64,000 bases of DNA. It comes from Mobula hypostoma. Taxonomy: Eukaryota. Positions within the stretch are counted from its first letter, which is position 1; each line of letters starts with the position of its first letter. The notes under the pieces are model-generated. The model made no database searches. It worked only from the letters and a program-made list of their open reading frames with translations, and was not told the origin of the DNA. Location of the stretch: positions 211,174,001 to 211,238,000 of the forward strand of contig NC_086097.1 of assembly GCF_963921235.1 (NCBI RefSeq). The letters are read 5' to 3'. Position numbers and translations under genes: made by a program. Shown piece by piece: positions 25,241 to 37,527 of the stretch.

Positions 25241-27429
25241 GCTCAAAGACTTTGGGATTAATTAAGCATTGGTTCCAAATCCTCGAGGCCCGGTCAATGT
25301 TGGAATCACTTCCAGGAACAAACTGAAACTCATCCTACCACTGGATCTGAATAGAGATTCATGTTCTGGACCCCAAGATAAAATACAACAGGACACAGAT
25401 CAGTCATACAAAGTGGTTACAGTACTGATAGGCCAAGTCCCCCAGTGGTAATAACTGCAATTTTTATGAGCTCTTTTGAAGAGTTGTTTTAGCCACAGTA
25501 GAGTAGAATTTTCTTTGAATTACTGTCCCAAGCCAGCATCTCTCACAATTTATTTTTGATAGGGCCAGGTACATTACACGAACTTGACGGATTATTAATA
25601 ATAATGATGGTGTGAAGAATTCGGGTTTTTTGAGGGCAGACAAGAAGGAAATGTGTCCAGCATTCTGACTTTGGAGAGGAGGAAATGTTTGCCTTTTGAA
25701 GTGAAGGGTGAACCAATACGTGTTTTATATTTTTTGTCAACGGCCTGGAGTGTTGCCTTTAGTCCCACTTTTGAAACTGCAGAGATTTCAAAAACGATCA
25801 CGTTTCAGGAATAGATGACTGGCAAATTCCGCATTTTATATTTTTTCTTCCTTCATTTACTTAATATAATTTCACATATGACTACAATTGCAGGAGACAG
25901 TGTGCCCTATTGAGTCTGTTCCGCCGCTACAACATTGTATTGCACAGTGCACAACATTCCTGCCAATAATTCAGATCACAATAAGCCCCATCCACAATCT
26001 TCAGCCAGAATTTGACTCATATATTTTGGAATAAAACGCTCACAACCTGAGTCAGAAAGGAAAGAGAAGAAATAGAAAATATTATGTTTCCTTATTTCTT
26101 GAAGTACAGTGTTAGCATCTCAAGCTACCCAATATTGATGCAAATAACTGAACACCCTCCCTAAATATTATAATATCTCTTTGCTCCTTATAGCCAAAGC
26201 ATGACCTGCCGTGTTGGAGAGGATCCTGGATAATGGCACTCCAGGAGTACACATTCAGTTGTTCTCCTGGAGCCTCTCTCTGCTGCTGCAATGTGTAATT
26301 GGTTTTCTTGATACAAATACATTTACGTTTCTGATTACATACACAGAGACCAAAAAAGAAATCTTCTTAATTTTATCCTGTGGTCTTGACATCATTTCAA
26401 GAACGGATTTTTTAATTTACTTTAATTTAAAAATCATCAAAAACATTTGACTCAAGAAATCCATCAACATACCACACATAAGATGACTCACTCTTCCTGT
26501 AATCTTAGTAAGCATAGTACCTATGTGAAATTAATTCAATCCTGCTGAGAGGATTATAAGAAGCTTGTGTTTTTGCCCTTTTTCAATGAGTCCTAGAAGG
26601 AGAATCATTGCCACAGACTACTGCCTCAACCAACAACAGTTTTGTATTCCTCTTACAATGAATACAAGGTCTTCGCATTGCTCAATTATTAAACACTCAA
26701 ATATTAATATTTAAATCCAGTTATATTCCTGCAAAATCATGTTAAAGAATGATACTCTTTATGATTTATCCAAAACTACAAAGGAATGTTGTATTGTTGC
26801 ATACTTAATATTACTTTCAAAACAAAACACTGTACGTCAAATGCAAAAGTATGTCCTGAATCAAAAAGGTTATTTGCTTAGAACAATAAAATAATTCTGT
26901 ACCCAAATAATTTTAGAGCAAACATTTAATATACTTAATTTGGGAACAACATGCATAATATACTTTATAGAAATGCATACACTAATTAAGGTATTTTCAT
27001 AAAGTGATGTGCAATCTTGCAGCCATTTTGTGTTTTAAGGCTGAATGACAATTTAGTTTAATTAACAAATATTTGCATGTTTTAAGACAAAGCCTCACAG
27101 GTGAAAAACAAAAAAAGACTTAACCACGACCTCACTTTATTTTGCATTTGTTCCTGTCCCAGGACTGGCAACTATTAGCTGAATGGTTACTACCTGTGTT
27201 GGAGGAAATTTTTGGTTAGGTACTTAAGACTGTATGAAAGAAAAACAGAAAATCCTTGAACTACACAAGATATGATGCCACAGCTGTATAAATAAAAACT
27301 GTATTCGTATTTCAGGTAGATCAGAGCTAAGTTTCACTTATTTATTTCCAACCTGTGCACTTTTTGCTTTTCAGTTGGGATACATTGTCAGAAGAGTGAG
27401 GGTAATTACAGATAAGGTTAATCATTTCA

Positions 27430-28600
27430 ATAAGATTGAAACGTGCAGAGAAAATTTACAAGGATGTTGTCTGGACTTAAGGAGCTGAGTTTTATGGAGA
27501 TGTTGAATAAGTTGACAAGGCGCTCCCTTAGACCTTCTAGTACAGAAATTGCAGGGCCACAGCAGAGATATTTAAAACATTGTTAGCCAAGGGTGAGGTG
27601 CCAGAGGACTGGAGGATAGCTAATATAATTCCGTTGTTTCAGAAAAGCTCTAAGGATAAGCTAGGAAGCTATAGGTCAGTGGGCCAGACATCAATAGCGG
27701 GATGCCTAAGGGACCGGATATATATGTATTTGGAGAGACAGGCATTGATTAAGGATAGTCAACATGGCTTTGTTAATGGTAGGCTGTGTCTAACCAATCT
27801 TAAAGAATTTTTCAAGGAAGTTACCAGGAAAATTGATGAAGACAAGGCAGTGGATGTTGTCTGCATAGACTTTAGCAAGGTCCCGTATAGAAGGTCAAGA
27901 TGCTTGGCATTCAAGATGAGGTAGTAAACTGGATTAGACATTAGCTTTGCTGAAGAAACCAGAGAGTGATTGTAGGTGGTTGCCTTTCCTACTAGAGGCC
28001 TGCAACTAGTGATGTACTGCAGGTAGAAGTGCTGGGTCCATTGTGGTTTGCCATCTATATCAACGCTTTGGATGATAATCTGGTTAACTGGATCAGCAAA
28101 TTTGCTGATGACACCAAGATTGGGGGTGTAATGGACAGCAAGGAAGACTATCAAAGCTTGCAGTAGGATTTGGACCATCTATTAAAATAGGCTGAAAAAT
28201 GCAAACAAGTATGAGATGTTGCACTTTGGGAGGATAAAGGTATATAAAATTATGAAAGGTATAGATAAGGTAAATAAAAGCAGGCTTTTCCCACTGAGGT
28301 TGGGTGAGACTGGAATTAATGGGTTAAGGGTGAGGGGCAGAACATTTAAGGAGAAAGTGACAGGATACTTCTTCGCTCAGAGGGAGGTGAGATTGTGAAA
28401 TGGGCTGCCAGCGGAGGTAGTGGATAGGGGTTTGATTTCAATAGTTAAGAGAAATTTGGATAGGTGCATGGATGAGAGGGGTGCAGAGGGCTATGGTCTG
28501 GGTACAGGTTAAAGGTATTAGGCAGCATAATAGTTTGGCATGGGCTAAATGGGCTGAGAGTCATTTCCTGTGCAGTAGTGTTCTGTGATTCTTTGACACT
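27430..28600 (+). mobile_element. CR1 LINE fragments with internal deletions
   Basis: EVPEDWRIANIIPLF, QHGFVNGRLC, KFADDTK, CR1 3' UTR. Confidence 0.88.
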
Positions 28601-28984
28601 ATGGACTAAAATTCAGTTGTGTTGATCACTGAAGAAAATATGACTGATACTAAATGGGAACTTCTCCATCCATGTTCACCAAAGAAAGAAGATTCTGCTG
28701 AAACTGGTAAACAAAGAGTTCACAACTGTGTGAAGATAACATTAGATAAAGAAGAGAAGTACTAGAAATATTGGGAGGACTTAAAATAGGAATTATTTGA
28801 TCCAGATGGAATGCATCCTAATTTGCTGAGGGAATTGCAAGTATAATTGCAAAAGGGTTGCCCACAATCTTCTAATCCTCCTTGGATATGAAAATGATAC
28901 TAAATGATTCTGGAATTGCAATTTAATGAGGTGGCAGAACAATGTGTATGTGGATTTGACCACATCAAGGAATTAATGAATCTT

Positions 28985-29280
28985 TGGGGAAGCATATGTA
29001 ATTCCAGACTCCACATATGGTCCTAATCCTCTTTAGCAAACTGAAAGGCTATCACTGTCTAAACATCTAGATCATATACAACCGGAGGAAGACTACACTG
29101 GCCATGCATGATTACAGGAGCACGCATCTGAGGAAGTCTGCTGTGTGTAACAGACAAGCGGCTCGTGAAGTCAAAAGTGATACCCTTTACCCTTCAATCT
29201 GGATGCTGATTTGCACAATTCTATAGTGAGGATGCCCTCTGAGCTATCCAGTATTTTGCTGCTGAATATTCTGCAACACC
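28985..29280 (+). mobile_element. Highly decayed PIF/Harbinger transposase remnant
   Basis: Manual translation from about 29044 gives KGYHCLNI*II..STHLRKS, resembling the Harbinger NRKGYHSLNVQ..GSTHD motif. Confidence 0.45.
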
Positions 29281-29867
29281 CACAGTTTTCCAGAGATTCA
29301 TCATTGTCCTCAGCTTTCCTTAAAATTTAACATGCAGAGCAAAGTAATTACTGGCCAGGCAGTAGGAAGAGAAGGAACAAAACAATATTGTATAGCCACC
29401 AAACACATCATTCCCTCCCTCCCCCAACACTTTCTGCTTTCTGCAGGGAATACCCCCTATGCCACTCCCTTGTCCATTCATTCCTCCCCACTGATCTCCC
29501 TCTTAGCGCTTAATCTCGCAGGCAGAACCAGTGCTACACCTGCTCCAACATCTCCTCCCTCACTACTTTTCAGGCCCCAAACTGTCCTTTCAGGTGAGGC
29601 GACACTTCACCTGTGAGTCTGTTGGGATCATTTACTGTATCTGGTGTCTCCAGTGTGGCCTCCTGTATATCAGTGAGACTTGACTCAGATTGGGAGACCA
29701 CTTAACTGAGCATCTACGCTTCGTCCATCCGAAAAAGTGGGATCTCCCAGTGGCCACCCATTTGAATTCCATTTCTCATTCCTATTCCAATAAGTCAGTC
29801 AATGGCCTCCTCTACTGCTGCACTGAGACCACACTCAGGTTGGAGGAACAACACCTTTTCTTTTCAA

Positions 29868-30150
29868 GCAACACACATCAAAGTTGCTGGTGAACGCAGC
29901 AGGCCAGGCAGCATCTCTAGGAAGAGGTACAGTCGACGTTTCGGACCGAGACCCTTCATCAGGACTAACTGAAAGAAGAGCTAGTAAGAATCTCTTACTA
30001 GTTCTTCTTTCAGTTAATCCTGACGTAGGGTCTCGGCCCGAAACCTCGACTGTACCTCTTCCTAGAGATGCTGCCTGGCCTGCTGCGTTCACCAGCAACT
30101 TAGATGTGTGTTGTTTGAATTTCCAGCATCTGCAGATTTCCTCATGTTTG
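29868..30150. mobile_element. Young PLE palindrome inserted at the L1 tail
   Basis: Perfect TSD ACCTTTTCTTTTCAA at 29853-29867 and 30151-30165; fold at 29990-29992. Confidence 0.92.
29930..29967 (-). ncRNA. Minimal hammerhead ribozyme motif
   Basis: UAGUC-CUGAUGA-A-GGGU(CUCG)GUCC-GAAAC-GUC^GACUG on the minus strand. Confidence 0.72.
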
Positions 30151-31039
30151 ACCTTTTCTTTTCAAATTTTTTTATTATTATTATCCAAAATTAACGAGTA
30201 CATTGAAGTAAGCAACACTTACAATGTCTCAAGAAAAAAAACATTATTTTAAGATTGAAAAAATTTTGGTGATTAAAAAAAAGAGAAAAAACCCTACTAA
30301 GCAAGAAAAAGTGAGGAAAAAAAAACCCATTAGGTGTTCAACTCCGGAGGCATGCGTCATACAAAAAGCTTCTAAAGATAAACATCAAACCGCCAGCAAG
30401 AAAAAAAATGTACTAAAAATTTACAATTAGATCGTGGAGGAAATCTATCAATTAACTCAAATGATAATAACGAGCAAATGAACCCTATCTTTTCTCAAAA
30501 TCAAACATAGGTTCAAAGGTTCGACTTCTAATTTTCTCCAAACAAAGACATAGCATCACTGAGAAACAACATCTTATATCTCTTCTGGGTAGCCTCCAAC
30601 CAGATGGCATCAGCAACAAATTCTCAAACTTCTGGTAATGCTCTCTCCTCTCCTTCACCATTCCCCATTCCTATTTCCTTCTCATTTCCTTATCTGCCTA
30701 TCACCTCCCTCTGGTGCTCCTCCCCCTTTTCTTTCTTCTGTGACCTCCTGTCCTGTCCTATCAGATTCCCCCTTCTCCAGCCCTTTATCTCTTTCAACAA
30801 TCGACTTCCCAGCTCTCCACTTCACACCTCCCCCCTCCCTTGTGTTTCTTCCTTTCCTCCCCCATCTTCTAACTCTGACTCCTCATCTTTTTTTTTCCTC
30901 CAGTCCTGAAGAAGGGTCTTGTCCTGAAACATTAACTGTACTCTTTTCTATAGATGCTGCCTGGCCTGCAGAGTTCCTCTAGCATTTTGGTGTCTATTGC
31001 TTTGGATTTCCAGAATCTGCAGACTTTCTCTTGTTTGTG

Positions 31040-31500
31040 ATTGTATAAAAGTTTGGTTTAGTGTTAAGTGTATGAAACTTCGGCTAGTCCTCATTTGAAA
31101 TATTGTGTGCGGTTTCAGATGCCATATTGTAGGAAGGATGTGGAGGCTCTGGAGGAGGTGCAAAAGAGGTTCATCAGGATGCTAGATATAAGCAGAGGAC
31201 AGAAAAACTTGACTTGTTTGCGCTGGAATGTCAGAGGCTAAGGGGCAACTTGATAGAAATATATAAAGTAGTGAGAGGCATAAAAGGGATAGTCCCTTTC
31301 CCTGGATGTGATTTTTACGCAGAGAGTAGTAGGTGCTTATGATGCACTACCAAGGCATGTAGTACCAGAATCTACGCTTGTGACATTTAAGAGACACATG
31401 AACAGTTAAGAAGTAGGATTAGCATCATAGTTGTTGCAAAAAAATAGTGGGCCAAAGACTCTGTTCTCACTTTGATACTGGTCCATGTCCTATGTTCTAT
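31040..31500 (+). mobile_element. CR1 3' fragment
   Basis: LVRPHLEYC-like, RKDVEALEEVQKRFIRM, CR1 tail TATGTTCTATGT. Confidence 0.8.
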
Positions 31501-31506
31501 GTAAAA

Positions 31507-31586
31507 CAGGGGTTCCCAACCTGGGCTCCATAGACTTCTCGGTTAATGGTTGGAGTCCACGGCATAAAAATGGTTGGGAACCGCAG
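31507..31586. mobile_element. 80-bp hAT/Charlie-type MITE
   Basis: Terminal inverted repeat (TIR) CAGGGGTTCCCAACC / GGTTGGGAACCGCAG; imperfect 8-bp TSD ATGTAAAA / ATGTAGAG with central TA. Confidence 0.75.
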
Positions 31587-32565
31587 ATGTAGAGGTGGTG
31601 TCTGAAAAGTGCCATTAGATTGACAGGAAAACTATACAACACCAGCTAATGTCATGTGCAGAGTGGCCGTCTATATCCTAATGCAGCAAAGCCTGGCCAC
31701 AGTTTGAATTTGGATTGATATGTTAGTATCAGTACATTGTAATGACCTTCTACATCATGGAAGAAGTCCCATTCCTCTTGACATTCAATATTCAATATCA
31801 TTGATCACCCCCCAATGAGCTGAATCCTGGTCATCAGTTAGACTGGGAAATTACCTGGATCAGAACTTAATTCCTATGGCTACAAGAGCATGTCAGAGAT
31901 CGTACACTCCTGTACCTAATAAAGCAGCCACTGAGTATATATGCTACAGTGACAAACATGATTCGTTAATTCACAAAAGCATTTCTACCATCTGCAAGTT
32001 ACATCAGGGTTTTATCTGAAGTTCCTGACAGCTCCAAATACAGTGAAGAATGCCCTGTCCTTGCCTTTATGAGTGCATCTGCAAAGCCTCACAATTATTC
32101 CATCACATTTTGGTATTAAAAATGCAACTCTGCATAGCTTTCTCATTAATGAACCTGAGCTTTCACTGCAGTTTGATGAAGTGTCGGCGACGTAAATCAT
32201 CTCCCATCTCTGTGGCAGCAATTCATGAACACTTCCTCTCCATCACAAGTAGGAGCCTCGGCTATGACACCTGAAATGGTAAGGACAGCTGTTACTTGGA
32301 TACCTTACAATATGGACTGCAGGTCAGATGGCCTCCTTATTTGTGAATTGTATTTTTTTTCCATCTCTTGTGTGCCTGCATGCTCATGTTGTTGGGGCAG
32401 CATTATCAGTGTCAGCTTACCACAAAACCACTGGAGTGAGCCAGGAAAGTTCCTCCCTATCACTCTCAATTACCTCCCAGCAATGCTCACCACCTTTCAC
32501 AATAGTACTTTTTAAATGTCTGTATCTTTCCTTTTCAAAAAATAGATTTTTTGCTGCAATAGTAT

Positions 32566-32850
32566 ACAGTGGCGCAGTGGCTAGCATGTTGTAGTTACAA
32601 CTTCGGCTGTCAGAATTTGGAGTTCCATCCTGGCATCCTCTGTAAGGAGTTTCTATATTCTCCCCGTGGAATGCATGGGCTTCCTCGGGCTGCTCTGGTT
32701 TCCTCCATAGACCAAAGATGTACCAGTTAGCAGGTTAATCGGTCATTGTAAATTCTCCCTGTGATTAGGCTAGGGTTAAATCGGAAGTTGATAGAAGTGT
32801 GACTCAGAAGGCCAGAAGGGCCTATTCTGTGCTTTAGCTCTGTATAAAAA
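32566..32850 (+). mobile_element. tRNA-derived V-SINE with CR1-like tail
   Basis: A box TGGCGCAGTGG, B box GAGTTCCATCC, V-domain TGCTCTGGTTTCCTCC..CCAAAGA, tail GGCCAGAAGGGCCT. Confidence 0.8.
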
Positions 32851-32920
32851 GTGAACAAATAAACATTTAATATAAATATTCAGACTTTATTAAAGCAGCT
32901 GTGGATGAGTGTGTCCCCAT

Positions 32921-35900
32921 CAGGGGTGCAGTGCTGCCAGAGCTCACTGGAGCACCGCTCTGACACCCCTGTAAAAAAAAAGTCAAGACTGAATAACAGC
33001 GGCCGCATATTAAATAGAGAGAATTTTATGGAAGCCGGGTTTGGGGAGAGGGTGTGGTGGCTGGTGGGGAAGATACCACTAATAACATTAGGATATTTGA
33101 TTGTTTTTGGTGAAATCCTGGAGCTTGTGAAATTCCTCCTCGCTCGACCCGTTGTCCCAGCATAGCCTGCTGTAGCCTCCCGCCATTTCACAGATCCTCA
33201 GTCTCTCTCCAGCACTTGTTGTTCCAGCATTGTTCACCGAGAAAATAAAAATCTTAGATCTTTTGAAAAGAGGCATGTCGCTTGCCGAAGTGGTCTGTAA
33301 GGTTGGTAAGAACGAATCGAGCATTCACACAATAAAGCAGAAAGAAGCTGAAATTCGTCTAAATGTTAGTGCTACCCCTACAACGGCAAAAATGGTCTCT
33401 CTGGTTCGTGATAAAGTGCTTGCAAAGACTGAGAAAGCATTAAGTGTGTGGCTAGAGGACATGTCATAGAAGCATATCCCTCCCTGCTGATGGCAAAATT
33501 ATGCGTGAAAAAGCACTTAGACTCTATGACCACTACTGTGAGGGGGTTGAGGAGAGCGAGAGGAAGGAGCTGAAGACTAGTAAAGGATGGCTGGCCAGCT
33601 ACGTAGAGCGCTACAGCCTCAAGAACTTAAAGATCACGGGAGAATCAGCATGGTAAATGTACCAATTTTCCTATTATGGAGCTGATCGAAGTACACGCTT
33701 GAAGTCTCTCAGAAAAAAAACCGTTGATCACAAACTATCAAAAGCTCACACTGCTGCTCTAAGCATTGAAAATATATAAATTATGTGACACCATAAATTC
33801 TTCACATCTAAAAACAACTTGTTTAATTTTTCATTCTGCATATTATTTAGCTCAGAATGACAGACCATACTCTGATCACTTTGGCTTATTGGAACTTCAA
33901 AAAAAAAAATGGTATTGGCATTGGAATTGGACTGCATTCCCACACTAGTGCTACAGAGATCATTGAAATAGCCATTAATGTGAAAAAGAAAATTTGCCAG
34001 CATATCAAGCAGATAAATGGACAATTTTCTGTTCTCATTGATGAATCAACAAGCCTGAGCATTAAGACTGCCCTAATAGTTTATTTGAAATGTGAAAGTG
34101 ATAAGGAAGGGGATCCCCATTTTATGTTTTTAGATCTAATTGAACTGCCTGATCAGAAAGCTGCAACTATTGCTAAGCATCTACTGAACTGTTTCAATAA
34201 CAATGGGTTTGATGACTCTTACTTGAAACAGAACATTTGCTAGTGTTGGGGCGAGCGTAATGTTTGGTGTCAATCTGGTGTTGCTACAATTCTCAAGGAA
34301 CATTACCCTGATGTGATAATTTGGCACTGTCTTAATCACAGATTAGAACTTGCAGTAAGTGATTCGATGAGAGAAGTTCATGGAATAAATCATTTTCAAT
34401 CATTTATGGACAAATTGTACTCTGTTTACAGTAGATCACCTCTAAATCAAAAGGAACTGTCTGAGTGTGCCTCTCAATTAGAACAACAGATTTGCAAAAT
34501 AGGCCGTGTTCTGGGCACCAGGTGGGTAGTTAGCTCATTTTGAACAGTTTCAGCATGTGGCAAAATTATGAAGCACTGTGCTTTCATTTTGAAAAAGCAA
34601 TGAAGGATGAAACAAGATCTGGGAGTGACAGAAAAACCAATGAAGGTCTGTTGAAAAGACTCTCTTCAGAATAATTTCTAATAGACTTAGCTCTAATGTA
34701 TGACACATTGCATGAACTTGGTTTACTGTCAGAGTGTTTACAGAAATGCAGTACTACGATTGTTTATGCAGACAAACTGATCCAACGGAGCATAAGATCA
34801 CTTCATGGACTGAAAGAGCAACTTGGTACAAATATTCCAGAGGCTCAAGAGGCATTTGAAAAGGGGAAGATTGGAGAAATTACCTCAACAAGCAACAACA
34901 ATATTGTCTCCATTAATTATCTACAGTTTCTTACTAGTCTTATAAACAAATTGCAGCACCGGATGTTCACGGCAAAATCCTTGAAAGGTTATCAAACTTC
35001 TAAACCTCAAAGTATGTATAAATCCCTGCTAAATGAAATGTGTGTCCTTGATAAAGATAACTGGCCTGCTGAAATACCGCCTAATTATGGAGAATCTGCA
35101 GTATCAGCTCTCTGTAAGAGGTTTAAGTTTTCTTCTTCCTCTGTAATAAATGCCTTCAGAGATTATGTGGAGGATCATGGACGCCGCATCCCCCAAGATT
35201 TACGCCCATTACTGAGCTGTTCACGTTATTCCTATTAGTACTGCTGAGTGTAGGAGAGGATTCAGTCACATGAACTTGATAATAACAACAATACGCTCAT
35301 GTATCAACACTTATGTTTGTTAAACTACACGGACCTCCTCCAGTTCAGTGGAATCCTGAGCCGTATGTCACATCATGGCTGCGGTACCACAGATCAGCAG
35401 ATGACACCAGGACCAGAGTTGCTTCAGACCCCCAAACACATATTACGCCTGACCCTTTGTGGAAATTATTGTGAAACTTCTCATTGGTGGCATTTGGTAA
35501 ATAGGTAATTACTTTTAAATTGGTAAAATACATGATTACCATCTTTTTCTTTACTTGCTTGATAATTATATTTTATGATAATTAGTGAGTGCAACTGTGC
35601 AATACTTTGTGTCATATTATTAAATTAAGTATTATATGTTTTATTGTACCAGTTATACACTGAAATGTAGTGATTGGCTATAATATTGTTAATGTCTTAA
35701 CTATTACTATATTTCTGTGGAGCTCTGGAATTCATATATTTCTTTCATCTTGGTTTAGTGCTTGACATTATAAGAAGCCCTATTCATATATATATGTCAC
35801 ACCCAATTTGTGTACCTGCTCATTACATTGGGTGTGACATAGAAATAGAAATATTTATAGAATAGAAAGGATATAGGAAATGGCAAGCATTTTGTCAGCT

Positions 35901-35932
35901 CTGGAACCTAAAAAATTAGCACTGCACCCCTG
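32921..35932 (+). mobile_element. hAT DNA transposon (KIAA1586/ZNF862-like transposase), complete ends, disabled ORF
   Basis: 15-bp perfect TIR CAGGGGTGCAGTGCT; perfect 8-bp TSD GTCCCCAT at 32913-32920 and 35933-35940; SVLIDEST, WHCLNHRLEL, TRW and STAECRRGFSHMN motifs at about 33651-35480. Confidence 0.95.
33228..33650 (+). mobile_element. Tigger/pogo transposase N-terminal fragment (HTH-psq and CENP-B HTH) inside the hAT
   Basis: EKIKILDLLKRGMSLAEV..NESSIHTIK..TEKALSVWLED..DGKIMREKAL..SKGWL..LKNLKITGESA. Confidence 0.85.
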
Positions 35933-36576
35933 GTCCCCATGGAATCATTCAGGGTTTTCCTCAATCAGAAGTCCTGGATGAACAATGAAATCCGGAATCT
36001 GCTGAGAGCCAGATCAAAGGCATTTAAGTCTGGAGGACAAGAATGCTACAAGAGGTGCAGGAATGATCTCCGGAAAACAGAGAGGAAGTTAAGAACCTGG
36101 TGGCATGATGCGAAGACAATAACCTATCCCTCAACATTAACAAGATGAAGGAATTGGTTGTTGACTTCAGAAGGAGTAGCAGACCGCACAACCCAATTTA
36201 CATCGGTGGTGCGCAAGTGAAACAGGTCAAAAGCTTTAAGTTTCTCGGGGTTAAAATCAGAAATGACCTGACTTGGTCCAACCAAGCAGAGTTCACTGCC
36301 AAGAAGGCCCAACAGCGCCTTTACTTCCTGAGAAAACTAAAGAAATTTGGCCTGTCCCCTAAAACCTCCCTAATTTTTACAGATGCACCGTAGAAAGCAT
36401 TCTTCTAGGATGCATCACAACCAGGTATGGAAGTTGTCCTATCCAAGACCGGAAGAAGCTGCAGAAGATCATGAACACGGTGCAGCACATCACACAAACC
36501 AATTTTCTGTCCTTGGAACATACATCAAAGTTGCTGGTGAACGCAGCAGGCCAAGCAGCATCTATAGGAAGAGGCG

Positions 36577-36614
36577 CAGTCGACGTTTCAGGCCGAGACC
36601 CTTCGTCAGGACTA
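36577..36614 (-). ncRNA. Minimal type I hammerhead ribozyme motif, mirror copy
   Basis: Exact reverse complement of 37528-37565. Confidence 0.8.
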
Positions 36615-37527
36615 ACTGATGGAAGAGTGAGTAAGGGATTTGAAAGCTGGAGGGGGAGGGGGAGATGCAAAATGATAGGAGAAGACAGGAGGGGGAGGGA
36701 TAGAGCCGAGAGCTGGACAGGTGATAGGCAAAAGGGGATACGAGAGGATTATGGGACAGGAGGCCTAGGGAGAAAGACGGGGGGGGGTGACCCAGAGGAT
36801 GGGCAAGAGGTATATTTAGAGGGACAGAGGGAGAAAAAGGAGAGTGAGAGAAAGAATGTGTGCATAAAAATGAGTAACAGCTGGGGTACGAGGGGGAGGT
36901 GGGGCCTAGCGGAAGTTAGAGAAGTCAATGTTCATGCCATCAGGTTGGAGGCTACCCAGACGGAATATAAGGTGTTGTTCCTCCAACCTGAGTGTGGCTT
37001 CATCTTTACAGTAGAGGAGGCCGTGGATAGACATGTCAGAATGGGAATGGGATGTGGAATTAAAATGGCCACACATTTTAATTCCACATCCCATTCCCAT
37101 TCTGACATGTCTATCCACGGCCTCCTCTACTGTAAAGATGAAGCCACACTCAGGTTGGAGGAACAACACCTTATATTCCGTCTGGGTAGCCTCCAACCTG
37201 ATGGCATGAATATTGACTTCTCTAACTTCCACTAGGCCCCACCTCCCCCTCGTACCCCAGCTGTTACTCATTTTTATGCACACATTCTTTCTCTCACTCT
37301 CCTTTTTCTCCCTCTGTCCCTCTAAATATACCTCTTGCCCATCCTCTGGGTCACCCCCCCCCCGTCTTTCTCCCTAGGTCTCCTGTCCCATGATCCTCTC
37401 GTATCCCCTTTTGCCTATCACCTGTCCAGCTCTCGGCTCTATCCCTCCCCCTCCTGTCTTCTCCTATCATTTTGCATCTCCCCCTCCCCCTCCAGCTTTC
37501 AAATCCCTTACTCACTCTTCCTTCAGT

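Larger units (their letters stand above)
29857..30564 (-). mobile_element. L1-clade LINE 3' end inserted in the PLE
   Basis: Minus strand reads VMLCLCLEKIRSR..FEKR*GSF..Y* (fish L1 ORF2 C-terminal pattern), then a T-rich UTR, AATAAA and A tail; TSD AACAACA(C/T)CTT at 29847-29857 and 30565-30575. Confidence 0.7.
29395..31038 (+). mobile_element. Older PLE 3' part (GIY-YIG endonuclease, pyrimidine-rich UTR, hammerhead, tail), interrupted at about 29857-30575
   Basis: RHFTCESVGIIYCIWCLQCGLLYISET..LGDHLTEHLR..LPVATHLNS..RLEEQHL; resumes LGSLQPDG at about 30583; decayed hammerhead at 30902-30938. Confidence 0.9.

Noticed and set aside
32566..32640. tRNA gene
   Set aside because: A and B boxes are present, but there is no cloverleaf and the sequence continues into a V-SINE core.
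33651..35480. Domesticated KIAA1586 or ZNF862 gene
   Set aside because: Multiple stops and frameshifts, intact TIRs and TSD, and insertion inside a LINE indicate a transposon copy.
36471..37235. 254-aa ORF as a novel protein
   Set aside because: Chance read-through of Rex sequence, antisense PLE UTR and the sense GIY-YIG C-terminus across the palindrome centre.
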